Made by a program: the position numbers and the translations under genes. Shown here piece after piece: positions 10,734-19,013 of a stretch of 27,963 bases of DNA. Positions within the stretch are counted from its first letter, which is position 1, and every line of letters starts with the position of its first letter. This DNA is from Actinomycetota bacterium (GTDB taxonomy: Bacteria > Actinomycetota > Actinomycetes > Nanopelagicales > Nanopelagicaceae), in the NCBI GenBank assembly GCA_947381255.1, contig CANCUC010000001.1:1-27963 (forward strand), read 5' to 3'. The notes under the pieces were generated by a model, which was not told the DNA's origin, searched no databases, and worked only from the letters and a program-made list of their open reading frames with translations.

Positions 10734-12029
10734 ATGCTTGCAGCGTTTGGTAAGGCCTTCAAGACGCCCGATCTTCGCGTAAAGATTTTCTTCACTTTAG
10801 GCATCATGGCTCTCTTCCGTTTCGGATCAATCATGCCAACGCCTGGCGTTTCTTATAAGAACGTTCAATCTTGCTTGAATCAGAGCAAATCTGGCGGACT
10901 CTTCGGTCTCATTAACTTGTTCTCCGGTGGCGCACTTTTGCACCTCTCAATCTTCGCATTGGGAATCATGCCTTACATCACCAGCTCAATCATTATTCAA
11001 TTGCTGACCGTTGTTATCCCTCGCTTTGAAACACTGAAGGCTGAAGGACAATCTGGAAACGCAAAGCTCACCCAATACACCCGTTACCTCACCGTTGGTC
11101 TTGCAGTTCTGCAATCAACTGGTTTGATCGCCGTTGCTCGTTCAACTGGTCGTCTCTTTAGCGGTTGTACTCTCGCAATCATTCCTGACTCATCATGGCC
11201 ACGTATCGTGACCATGGTTTTGGTGATGACCGCTGGAACATCTGTAATCATGTGGCTTGGTGAATTGATCACCGATCGTGGTATCGGTAACGGTATGTCG
11301 ATCTTGATCTTCACCTCTATCGCTGCAGGATTCCCAACCCAGCTCTGGTCCATCAAGCAACAAAAGGGTTGGTTCGCATTCCTGTTCGTTATGGCAGTAG
11401 GTGTCTTGGTTGTAGCAGCAGTTGTATTCGTGGAGCAGGCTCAACGCCGTATTCCGGTGCAATATGCAAAGCGTCAGATTGGTCGCCAGTCATACGGCGG
11501 AACATCTACCTACATCCCAATCAAGGTCAACCAGGCTGGTGTTATCCCAGTAATTTTCGCATCATCGCTTTTGTATATTCCATCTCTGATCGTTAACTTC
11601 TCCGGATCAACGGCGAAGTGGTCAGTTTGGATTCAGCAGAACTTGGTTAAGGGCGATCACCCTATTTACATCATCTCGTACGCAGTATTGATCATCTTCT
11701 TCACCTACTTCTATGTCGCAATTACCTTCAACCCTGATGAAGTTGCTGACAATATGAAGCAGTACGGTGGATTCGTTCCAGGTATTCGCGCTGGAAAGCC
11801 AACATCTGAGTATCTCCAATATGTACTCTCACGCATCACTGCTCCAGGTTCTCTCTACCTAGCATTCGTTGCGATCATCCCTATCATTGCTCTGATCTTG
11901 TTCCAGGCTTCGCAGAACTTCCCATTTGGTGGAACTGCAATCCTGATCGTTGTTGGTGTCGGTCTTGATACCGCTAAGCAAATTGAATCTCAGTTGCAAC
12001 AACGTTCATATGAGGGATTCCTGCGCTAA
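10734..12029 (+). CDS. secY: Preprotein translocase subunit SecY
   Basis: FALGIMPYITSSIIIQLL, WLGELITDRGIGNGMS, NQAGVIPVIFASSL, GFVPGIRAG; multiple hydrophobic segments. Confidence 0.99.
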   Translation: MLAAFGKAFKTPDLRVKIFFTLGIMALFRFGSIMPTPGVSYKNVQSCLNQSKSGGLFGLINLFSGGALLHLSIFALGIMPYITSSIIIQLLTVVIPRFETLKAEGQSGNAKLTQYTRYLTVGLAVLQSTGLIAVARSTGRLFSGCTLAIIPDSSWPRIVTMVLVMTAGTSVIMWLGELITDRGIGNGMSILIFTSIAAGFPTQLWSIKQQKGWFAFLFVMAVGVLVVAAVVFVEQAQRRIPVQYAKRQIGRQSYGGTSTYIPIKVNQAGVIPVIFASSLLYIPSLIVNFSGSTAKWSVWIQQNLVKGDHPIYIISYAVLIIFFTYFYVAITFNPDEVADNMKQYGGFVPGIRAGKPTSEYLQYVLSRITAPGSLYLAFVAIIPIIALILFQASQNFPFGGTAILIVVGVGLDTAKQIESQLQQRSYEGFLR

Positions 12030-12670
12030 TGCGCTTAATCCTGGTAGGTCCTCCAGGCGCGGGTAAAGGCACTCAAGCAGTTCACCTTGCTGCGCACTTT
12101 GGGATTCCGCATATCTCTACAGGCGATCTCTTCCGTGCCAATATCAAGGGTGAAACTGAACTTGGAAAGCTTGCTAAGTCCTATATGGATGCCGGCAACC
12201 TGGTTCCAGATTCCGTAACCAATGCCATGCTTGAAGATCGCCTAACACATGCAGATACAGCACCGGGATTCTTGCTCGATGGCTATCCGCGCAATGTTGG
12301 TCAAGCAGAGTTCTTAGCTGAAGTCCTTCTTAAGAAAGCAATTTCACTAGATGCAGTGCTTGAACTCTCCATTCCAAATGAAGAGATCATCAAGCGCCTA
12401 TCGGGCCGTAGAGTCTGTCGCAATTGTGGCGCAACTTCCCATGTCATCTTTGATAAGTCAAAGGTAGATGGAGTCTGCGATAACTGTGGTGGCGAGTTGT
12501 ACCAACGTGAAGACGATAAGGAAGAAGTCATTGCAAATCGCTTGAACGTTTATAGCGAGCAGACAGCACCAATTGTTGACTTCTACAAGAATCTTGGAAT
12601 TCTAAAAGCTATCAGTGCGGTCGGAGATGTTTCAGAAATCTCTGCAAACGCAATCGCAGCTCTTAAGTAG
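12029..12670 (+). CDS. adk: Adenylate kinase (long, Cys4 LID)
   Basis: P-loop GPPGAGKGTQA, ISTGDLFR, LDGYPRN, LID motifs CRNC...CDNC, QREDD. Confidence 0.99.
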   Translation: MRLILVGPPGAGKGTQAVHLAAHFGIPHISTGDLFRANIKGETELGKLAKSYMDAGNLVPDSVTNAMLEDRLTHADTAPGFLLDGYPRNVGQAEFLAEVLLKKAISLDAVLELSIPNEEIIKRLSGRRVCRNCGATSHVIFDKSKVDGVCDNCGGELYQREDDKEEVIANRLNVYSEQTAPIVDFYKNLGILKAISAVGDVSEISANAIAALK

Positions 12671-12675
12671 TCGCC

Positions 12676-13488
12676 ATGGCGATTCAGATAAAAACTTTCG
12701 AACAACTGCAATTAATGCGCAAGGCTGGCCTCGTTGTAGGACAAGCACTCGAGCTCATGAAGGCGGCAATCGCGCCAGGAGTTACTCCGCTTGAGTTAGA
12801 TGCAATCGCTGCCGATTACCTCAAAGCAAATAATGCAACTCCATCGTTCCTCAATTATCACGGATATCCCAATGTCATCTGCGCATCAGTAAATCATGAA
12901 GTTGTTCATGGCATTCCGAATGAGCGTCCACTTGTAAGCGGAGACATCATCTCAGTTGATTTCGGAGCAATTGTTAATGGTTGGCACGGAGATGCCGCAT
13001 TCTCCATTGGTATTGGTGAGATAGATCCTGCCGATCAAAAGCTCATGGATACATGTGAAGGTTCCATGTGGCGCGGAATCGCTGCCGCAAAAGTCGGGGG
13101 GCATCTCACTGATATTTCACACGCAATTGAGAGCTACATTCTTAGTCAAGGTAAGTATGGAATCTTGCGTGAGTATGGTGGCCACGGCATTGGTACTGAG
13201 ATGCACCAAGATCCTCATGTCATTAACTATGGTCCGGCTGGTCTGGGACCTGAGTTAAAGGTTGGTCTTGCACTCGCAATCGAACCGATGATTACTCGCG
13301 GCACTGAGAAGATGAAGACCCTCTCCGATGATTGGACCGTTATCGCTAGCGATAAATCCAATGGCGCTCACTTCGAACATACCTTCGCTCTGCTTCCAGA
13401 TGGCAAGCCATTTGTCCTGACCGCAATTGACGGGGGAGCGGCTGAATTGGGTCGCCTCGGGGTGGAAATCTCCCCGCTTTTAGCATAA
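12676..13488 (+). CDS. map: Methionine aminopeptidase type I
   Basis: HEVVHGIP, DFG..HGDAA, GHGIG..H, AIEPM, AHFEHT metal-ligand motifs. Confidence 0.98.
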   Translation: MAIQIKTFEQLQLMRKAGLVVGQALELMKAAIAPGVTPLELDAIAADYLKANNATPSFLNYHGYPNVICASVNHEVVHGIPNERPLVSGDIISVDFGAIVNGWHGDAAFSIGIGEIDPADQKLMDTCEGSMWRGIAAAKVGGHLTDISHAIESYILSQGKYGILREYGGHGIGTEMHQDPHVINYGPAGLGPELKVGLALAIEPMITRGTEKMKTLSDDWTVIASDKSNGAHFEHTFALLPDGKPFVLTAIDGGAAELGRLGVEISPLLA

Positions 13489-13522
13489 ACCGGGTCGAAA
13501 AGGGCTAAATAGAGGGCCCGAT

Positions 13523-13551
13523 TTCGTCTTTTTGGCCCTGCGCCTTAGGAT
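13523..13551 (+). promoter_or_regulatory. Putative housekeeping promoter for infA-rpmJ-alpha cluster
   Basis: TTCGTC (13523-13528), 17-nt spacer, TAGGAT (13546-13551, fits TANNNT). Confidence 0.45.
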
Positions 13552-13616
13552 TGCCCTCTGCTTAGAAATAGGCGGATGTCCGTAACTAGACCCCTGAATA
13601 GATAAGTAGGTACTGC

Positions 13617-13838
13617 TTGGCCAAGAAAGACGGAGCAATCGAAATTGAAGGCACCGTAGCTGAAGCACTCCCGAACGCCATGTTCAGAGTCGAGCTTACA
13701 AATGGGCACAAGGTTCTTGCGCACATCAGCGGCAAGATGCGACAGAACTACATTCGCATCCTTCCTGAAGATCGTGTGATTGTTGAACTTAGTCCGTACG
13801 ACCTCACAAGAGGTCGAATTATCTATCGTTACAAGTAA
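13617..13838 (+). CDS. infA: Translation initiation factor IF-1
   Basis: [30 protein letters not shown]; TTG start. Confidence 0.99.
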   Translation: MAKKDGAIEIEGTVAEALPNAMFRVELTNGHKVLAHISGKMRQNYIRILPEDRVIVELSPYDLTRGRIIYRYK

Positions 13839-13850
13839 TAGGAGTTAGTC

Positions 13851-13964
13851 GTGAAAGTTAAGCCAAGCGTGAAGAAGATCTGCGACAAGTGCAAGGTCAT
13901 TCGTCGTAATGGTCGCGTCATGGTTATTTGCGACAATCTTCGTCACAAGCAACGTCAAGGATAA
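13851..13964 (+). CDS. rpmJ: 50S ribosomal protein L36 (zinc-binding type); absent from ORF track
   Basis: Translated by hand: GTG start, [37 protein letters not shown] (37 aa); GGAG SD at 13841-13844. Confidence 0.98.
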   Translation: MKVKPSVKKICDKCKVIRRNGRVMVICDNLRHKQRQG

Positions 13965-13978
13965 GTAACACCAAAAAA

Positions 13979-14059
13979 CGCGTGATGCGACTGAAGTGAA
14001 AACTTCAGACCCTCGGACTGGTAGGCCGAGGCTCAGTTACCCAACTGAGGTGCATTGCG
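13979..14059 (+). promoter_or_regulatory. Structured leader (four-way junction) upstream of rpsM
   Basis: Three consecutive hairpins (13991-14008, 14011-14031, 14032-14049) closed by pairing of 13979-13989 with 14051-14059. Confidence 0.6.
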
Positions 14060-14093
14060 AAGGACCTTCCAGATAACGAAAAGGGTAAGTGAT

Positions 14094-14471
14094 ATGGCAC
14101 GTCTTGTTGGTGTCGATCTCCCGCGTGAAAAGCGCGTAGAGATTGCACTCACGTACATCTTCGGTATCGGATTAACCCGCGCTCATGCAACACTTGCAGC
14201 GACTGGTATTAATCCAGATACACGAGTCAAAGATCTTCAAGAGCCAGAATTGGCACAGCTTCGTGAATTCATCGAAGCAAATTACAAAATCGAAGGTGAC
14301 CTTCGCCGTGAAGTTGCGGGCGACATTCGTCGCAAGGTCGAAATTCAAAGCTACCAAGGTATTCGCCACCGCAAGGGACTTCCTGTTCGTGGTCAGCGCA
14401 CACATACAAATGCGCGCACACGTAAGGGCCCTCGTAAGGCAATCGCTGGTAAGAAGAAGGAGACCAAGTAA
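14094..14471 (+). CDS. rpsM: 30S ribosomal protein S13
   Basis: [40 protein letters not shown]. Start reassigned to ATG 14094 (in frame, AAGGG upstream). Confidence 0.99.
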   Translation: MARLVGVDLPREKRVEIALTYIFGIGLTRAHATLAATGINPDTRVKDLQEPELAQLREFIEANYKIEGDLRREVAGDIRRKVEIQSYQGIRHRKGLPVRGQRTHTNARTRKGPRKAIAGKKKETK

Positions 14472-14899
14472 TGGCCGCCGCTAAGACAAAGACAGCCGCT
14501 AAAGGCGCTGCTGCTAAGGGCAAAGTCAAACTTCGCAAGAAGGAAAAGAAGAACATTGCGCTTGGACAAGCTCACATCAAGAGCACCTTCAACAACACCA
14601 TCATCTCTATTACAGATCCTTCCGGCGCTGTTATCTCTTGGTCATCAGCTGGCCAAGTTGGTTTCAAGGGCTCACGTAAATCAACACCATACGCAGCACA
14701 GATGGCAGCAGAAGCAGCCGCTCGTCGCGCGCAAGAACATGGTTTGAAGAAGGTTGATGTATTCGTCAAGGGACCAGGATCTGGTCGCGAGACAGCAATT
14801 CGTTCATTACAGGCCGCTGGACTTGAAGTTGGAGCCATCTCAGATGTAACTCCTGCTCCACATAACGGTTGCCGTCCACCAAAGCCACGTCGAGTTTAA
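14471..14899 (+). CDS. rpsK: 30S ribosomal protein S11
   Basis: [40 protein letters not shown]. Confidence 0.99.
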   Translation: MAAAKTKTAAKGAAAKGKVKLRKKEKKNIALGQAHIKSTFNNTIISITDPSGAVISWSSAGQVGFKGSRKSTPYAAQMAAEAAARRAQEHGLKKVDVFVKGPGSGRETAIRSLQAAGLEVGAISDVTPAPHNGCRPPKPRRV

Positions 14900-14915
14900 G
14901 GAAGGAAGAGAATAA

Positions 14916-15542
14916 ATGGCTCGTTATACCGGAGCAGATTGCAAGCGCTGCCGTCGCGAAAAAGTAAAGCTCTTTCTTAAGGGCTCAAAGTGCGATGGTC
15001 CAAAGTGTCCTATTGAGTCACGCCCATATCCACCAGGACAACATGGTCGTGGCCGTTCCAAGGAATCAGAGTACCTAGGTCAGCTTCGTGAGAAGCAAAA
15101 GTGCGCACGTATGTACGGCGTCCTAGAGAAGCAGTTCCGTGGATATTACGAAGAGGCAAACCGTCTTCAAGGTAAGACCGGTGACAACCTTTTGATCATT
15201 CTCGAGACCCGTTTGGATAACGTAGTTTTCCGTGCCGGTTTCGCTAAGAGTCGCGATATGGCTCGCCAGCTAGTTCGTCACGGACATTTCTTGGTAAACG
15301 GCAAGAAGGTCAACATTCCTTCATTCCGCGTTACTCCTATGGATGTCATTGATGTAGTTCCTGGTTCATTGGATACAACCCCATTCATCGTCGCTAGCGC
15401 CGAGTTGGGTGAGAAGTCAGTTCCTGCGTGGATGGAAGTTGTTGGAGCGAAGATGCGAATCATCGTTCACGCAAACCCAACCCGCACAATCATTGATACT
15501 CAAATCCAAGAGCAACTTATCGTTGAGCTCTACAGCAAGTAA
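14916..15542 (+). CDS. rpsD: 30S ribosomal protein S4 (zinc-binding type)
   Basis: MARYTGADCKRCRRE...KCDGPKC, QLREKQK, LETRLDNVVFRAGF, LIVELYSK. Confidence 0.99.
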   Translation: MARYTGADCKRCRREKVKLFLKGSKCDGPKCPIESRPYPPGQHGRGRSKESEYLGQLREKQKCARMYGVLEKQFRGYYEEANRLQGKTGDNLLIILETRLDNVVFRAGFAKSRDMARQLVRHGHFLVNGKKVNIPSFRVTPMDVIDVVPGSLDTTPFIVASAELGEKSVPAWMEVVGAKMRIIVHANPTRTIIDTQIQEQLIVELYSK

Positions 15543-15557
15543 TAACTAGGCAGTACT

Positions 15558-15584
15558 CGAAAAGTAGTTATCCGAAAAGTAGTT
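15558..15584 (+). repeat. Direct repeat CGAAAAGTAGTT x2 (period 15)
   Basis: Exact 12-mer at 15558-15569 and 15573-15584 in the rpsD-rpoA spacer. Confidence 0.8.
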
Positions 15585-15592
15585 TCATTGCA

Positions 15593-15614
15593 GGAGATCA
15601 AATAGTGGATCTCC
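15593..15614 (+). promoter_or_regulatory. Hairpin leader upstream of rpoA (candidate L17-type ribosomal leader)
   Basis: GGAGATC-AAATAGTG-GATCTCC, a perfect 7-bp stem 20 nt before the rpoA start. The location matches my recollection of the predicted L17 leader of Actinobacteria/Proteobacteria. Confidence 0.5.
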
Positions 15615-15634
15615 CCGACGTACGGAGGAAATAA

Positions 15635-16654
15635 GTGCTCATTGCACAACGCCCTATCCTCACTGAGGCAGCCGATCCAGACAATGCGTTTCGTTCAAGA
15701 TTCATCATTGAACCGCTAGAGCCAGGCTTTGGTTATACCCTCGGTAATTCTTTACGCCGCACCCTCTTGTCATCGATCCCTGGAGCAGCAGTAACCAGCG
15801 TTCGCGTCAACGGAGCGTTGCACGAGTTCACAACTCTTGAAGGTGTTAAGGAAGATCTCACAGAGATCGTCTTGAACATCAAGAACCTAGTGCTCTCATC
15901 AGATAATGATGAGCCTTCACTTCTCTACATTCGCAAGAATGGCGAGGGTGTTGTCACAGGTGCAGATATTGCAACTCCTGCTGGCGTAACTGTTCATAAC
16001 CCAGAGCTTCATATCGCAACCCTTAACTCAAAGGCTAAGTTCGAAGTCGAACTCACCGTTGAGCGTGGTCGTGGATATGTAACTGCAGTTGCTAACAAGG
16101 CAGCCGGCGGAGAGATTGGTCGCATTCCTGTTGACTCAATCTATTCACCAGTGTTGCGCGTGACCTACAAGGTCGAAGCAACTCGTGTTGAACAACGCAC
16201 TGACTTTGACCGTTTGATCGTCGATGTTGAGACCAAGCCATCAATGAACCCTGGAGATGCAATGGCATCTGCTGGAAAGACATTGGTTGAGCTCTTCGGA
16301 CTTGCTCGCGAATTGAACGTCAACGCTGAAGGTATCGAAATGGGACCTTCTGTCCAAGATGCTGCGCTCGCTGCAGATCTCGCTCTTCCAATCGAAGATC
16401 TTGATCTCACCGTTCGCTCATATAACTGCCTCAAGCGCGAAGGTATTCATACCGTCGGTGAGCTTGTTGGCCGTTCAGAGGCAGATCTCCTCGATATCCG
16501 TAACTTCGGTTCAAAGTCGATCGATGAAGTGAAGGCAAAACTTCACAGCATGGGTCTACAACTGAAGGACAGCCCAATCGGATTTGATCCAACCAAACAC
16601 CACAACTACGGAACTGAAGTCGACGAAGATCTCGTCGAGTCAGAGCAGCTCTAG
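15635..16654 (+). CDS. rpoA: RNA polymerase subunit alpha
   Basis: [47 protein letters not shown]; GTG start, GGAGG SD. Confidence 0.99.
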   Translation: MLIAQRPILTEAADPDNAFRSRFIIEPLEPGFGYTLGNSLRRTLLSSIPGAAVTSVRVNGALHEFTTLEGVKEDLTEIVLNIKNLVLSSDNDEPSLLYIRKNGEGVVTGADIATPAGVTVHNPELHIATLNSKAKFEVELTVERGRGYVTAVANKAAGGEIGRIPVDSIYSPVLRVTYKVEATRVEQRTDFDRLIVDVETKPSMNPGDAMASAGKTLVELFGLARELNVNAEGIEMGPSVQDAALAADLALPIEDLDLTVRSYNCLKREGIHTVGELVGRSEADLLDIRNFGSKSIDEVKAKLHSMGLQLKDSPIGFDPTKHHNYGTEVDEDLVESEQL

Positions 16655-16663
16655 GAGAACGCC

Positions 16664-17020
16664 ATGCCAACACCAAGTAGAGGACCACGCCTCGGAAGCG
16701 GTCCAGCACACGAGAGACTGTTGCTAGGCACTCTTGCAGAGCAACTCTTTGAACACGGCAAGATCAAGACCACTGAGGCAAAGGCCAAGCGCCTTCGTCC
16801 ATTGGCTGAAAAGTTGATCACTGCTGCAAAAGAGGGCGATCTAGCAGCTCGTCGTCGCGTCATGGAGACAATCCAGAACAAGAGCGTTGTACACACACTC
16901 TTCACTGAGATTGCACCTCGTTTCGCTACACGTCCTGGTGGTTACACCCGCATTACAAAGGTTGGTCCACGCAACGGTGACAATGCCCCAATGGCAGTCA
17001 TCGAACTCGTTAACGACTAA
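16664..17020 (+). CDS. rplQ: 50S ribosomal protein L17
   Basis: [31 protein letters not shown]. Confidence 0.99.
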   Translation: MPTPSRGPRLGSGPAHERLLLGTLAEQLFEHGKIKTTEAKAKRLRPLAEKLITAAKEGDLAARRRVMETIQNKSVVHTLFTEIAPRFATRPGGYTRITKVGPRNGDNAPMAVIELVND

Positions 17021-17046
17021 TCACCCGTACGAACCAATAAAAGTTC

Positions 17047-17913
17047 ATGATTGAACCCGCTCTCAATCCCGAGAGCGGGTTTCGTCGTTTGCGGATTGAT
17101 TTAGCTTACGACGGCACCAACTTTGCAGGATGGGCTAAACAGCCCGATCAACGCACTCTGCAAGGCGCACTTGAAGATGCGCTGGCCAAGATACTTCGCA
17201 CTCCGATCAACACCGTTGTTGCGGGTAGAACTGATGCCGGTGTCCATGCCACTGGCCAAGTGGCGCATGCAGATATTCCAGATGATGCCCCGAATTCTCG
17301 CTATCGCCCCGATGAAGATATCTGGGATTTGGCGCACTTTAAATTTAGGCTCAATCAGATATTGGAAGAGGACTTTCGAGTCTTAGATCTCACCTTCGCT
17401 CCGGTCAATTTCGATGCCCGCTTCACCGCTTCATCACGCCACTATCGATACAAGTTGCTTGACGGAAATCAAGATCTGCCACCACTTCAAAGAATCGACG
17501 CCGCAACCTGGTTTCGCCCCTTAGATGTTGAAGTGATGAACCGGGCCAGCCAACCTCTCCTTGGAAAACACGATTTCTTGACCTTCTGCCGTTATCGCGA
17601 GGGCGCTACATCCCTTCGAACTCTGCTCGAATTTTCTTGGAGTCGGGACTCCGATGGCTTTGTGATCTGTGATGTCGCGGCCGACGGTTTTGGCTGGAAC
17701 ATGGTTCGAAATTTGGTCGGTGCTGCGGTCTGTGTGGGAGAGGGACGGTTTGCCGAGGGTTGGATGGTGGAGATTTTGGAGGCAAAAGCCCGGGTCTCAG
17801 ATTCTTATGTCTTCCCAGCGAGAGGTCTGACTTTGCGCCAGGTGGAGTATCCAGATGCCTCAAAGTTGGCTGAAATCAGGCTTTCTGACTTCCTTGCCGA
17901 ACCCTCATTTTGA
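17047..17913 (+). CDS. truA: tRNA pseudouridine(38-40) synthase
   Basis: LAYDGTNFAGW, AGRTDAGVHA (catalytic Asp), FDARF, MVRNLVG, ARGLTL. Confidence 0.97.
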   Translation: MIEPALNPESGFRRLRIDLAYDGTNFAGWAKQPDQRTLQGALEDALAKILRTPINTVVAGRTDAGVHATGQVAHADIPDDAPNSRYRPDEDIWDLAHFKFRLNQILEEDFRVLDLTFAPVNFDARFTASSRHYRYKLLDGNQDLPPLQRIDAATWFRPLDVEVMNRASQPLLGKHDFLTFCRYREGATSLRTLLEFSWSRDSDGFVICDVAADGFGWNMVRNLVGAAVCVGEGRFAEGWMVEILEAKARVSDSYVFPARGLTLRQVEYPDASKLAEIRLSDFLAEPSF

Positions 17914-17939
17914 CCCCACAGCCCTCGAGAAGGTAACCT
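17910..17939 (+). promoter_or_regulatory. Putative housekeeping promoter for rplM-rpsI
   Basis: TTGACC (17910-17915), 18-nt spacer, TAACCT (17934-17939); the -35 element overlaps the truA stop codon. Confidence 0.6.
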
Positions 17940-18034
17940 GCTCCTCTGCCTGTGTGCTGGAATCAGCTCGCGGCCGATCCGCAGAGCACCAAGCTTTGTT
18001 GTTTTAAACAAGAATAGAAAGAGGGAGAGACCTC

Positions 18035-18490
18035 GTGCGCACATTTACACCGAAAGCTGGTGATGTCACCCGCAAGTGGCATGTCATCGACGCTGAAGGA
18101 GTTGTCCTTGGTCGTCTAGCTAGCCATGCAGCTGTCCTTCTTCGCGGAAAGCATAAGACCACCTTCGCTCCACACATTGACATGGGTGACTTCGTCATCG
18201 TTATCAATGCCGAGAAGGTTGTTCTTACAGGACAAAAGGCTGGCAAGAAGTTTGCTCACCATCACTCAGGTTATCCAGGTGGTATGACTTCTGTCGTCTA
18301 CTCAGATTTGATTAACCAAGATCCAACTCGCGTGATCGAGAAGGCAATCCTTGGAATGATTCCTAAGAACAAGTTGGGTCGCGCTGTTGGTTCAAAGCTC
18401 AAGGTCTACGCAGGTCCTTCGCACCCACATGCTGCGCAGAACCCAACACCATTTGAATTTACTCAAGTTTCACAAATCGTGAAGAAGTAG
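18035..18490 (+). CDS. rplM: 50S ribosomal protein L13
   Basis: [47 protein letters not shown]. Confidence 0.99.
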   Translation: MRTFTPKAGDVTRKWHVIDAEGVVLGRLASHAAVLLRGKHKTTFAPHIDMGDFVIVINAEKVVLTGQKAGKKFAHHHSGYPGGMTSVVYSDLINQDPTRVIEKAILGMIPKNKLGRAVGSKLKVYAGPSHPHAAQNPTPFEFTQVSQIVKK

Positions 18491-18499
18491 GGGATAGAC

Positions 18500-18985
18500 A
18501 TGTCAGATTTCGATCCAGCAATCGATGCAGAAGAAGAAGTTCTTACTTCATACACATCTTCAACTCCAGCTGCTTCAACAAACCGTCCAGCAATTAAAGC
18601 TCCAGGAGGCGGCACCGGTCGTCGTAAGGAAGCTGTTGCTCGCGTGCGCTTAACACCTGGTTCAGGTAAGTGGATTGTTAACGGAAAGGCACTTGATGTG
18701 TACTTCCCTAACAAGGTTCACCAACAACTCGTTTCTGAACCTTTCCGCACAGTCGGTGCAGAGAATCAATACGATGTAATTGCTCGCATCAATGGCGGCG
18801 GAACTTCTGGCCAAGCTGGTGCACTTCGTCTTGGTGTTGCACGTGCACTTAATGAGATTGATCGCGATGCAAATCGTCCAGCACTTAAGAAGGCTGGCTT
18901 CCTTACTCGTGACCCTCGCGTCATCGAGCGTAAGAAGTACGGTCTGAAGAAGGCTCGTAAGCGTTCTCAATACAGCAAGCGTTAA
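18500..18985 (+). CDS. rpsI: 30S ribosomal protein S9
   Basis: [47 protein letters not shown]. Confidence 0.99.
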   Translation: MSDFDPAIDAEEEVLTSYTSSTPAASTNRPAIKAPGGGTGRRKEAVARVRLTPGSGKWIVNGKALDVYFPNKVHQQLVSEPFRTVGAENQYDVIARINGGGTSGQAGALRLGVARALNEIDRDANRPALKKAGFLTRDPRVIERKKYGLKKARKRSQYSKR

Positions 18986-19013
18986 TTTTTCTATTACGCG
19001 ATTGCTTTATTAA

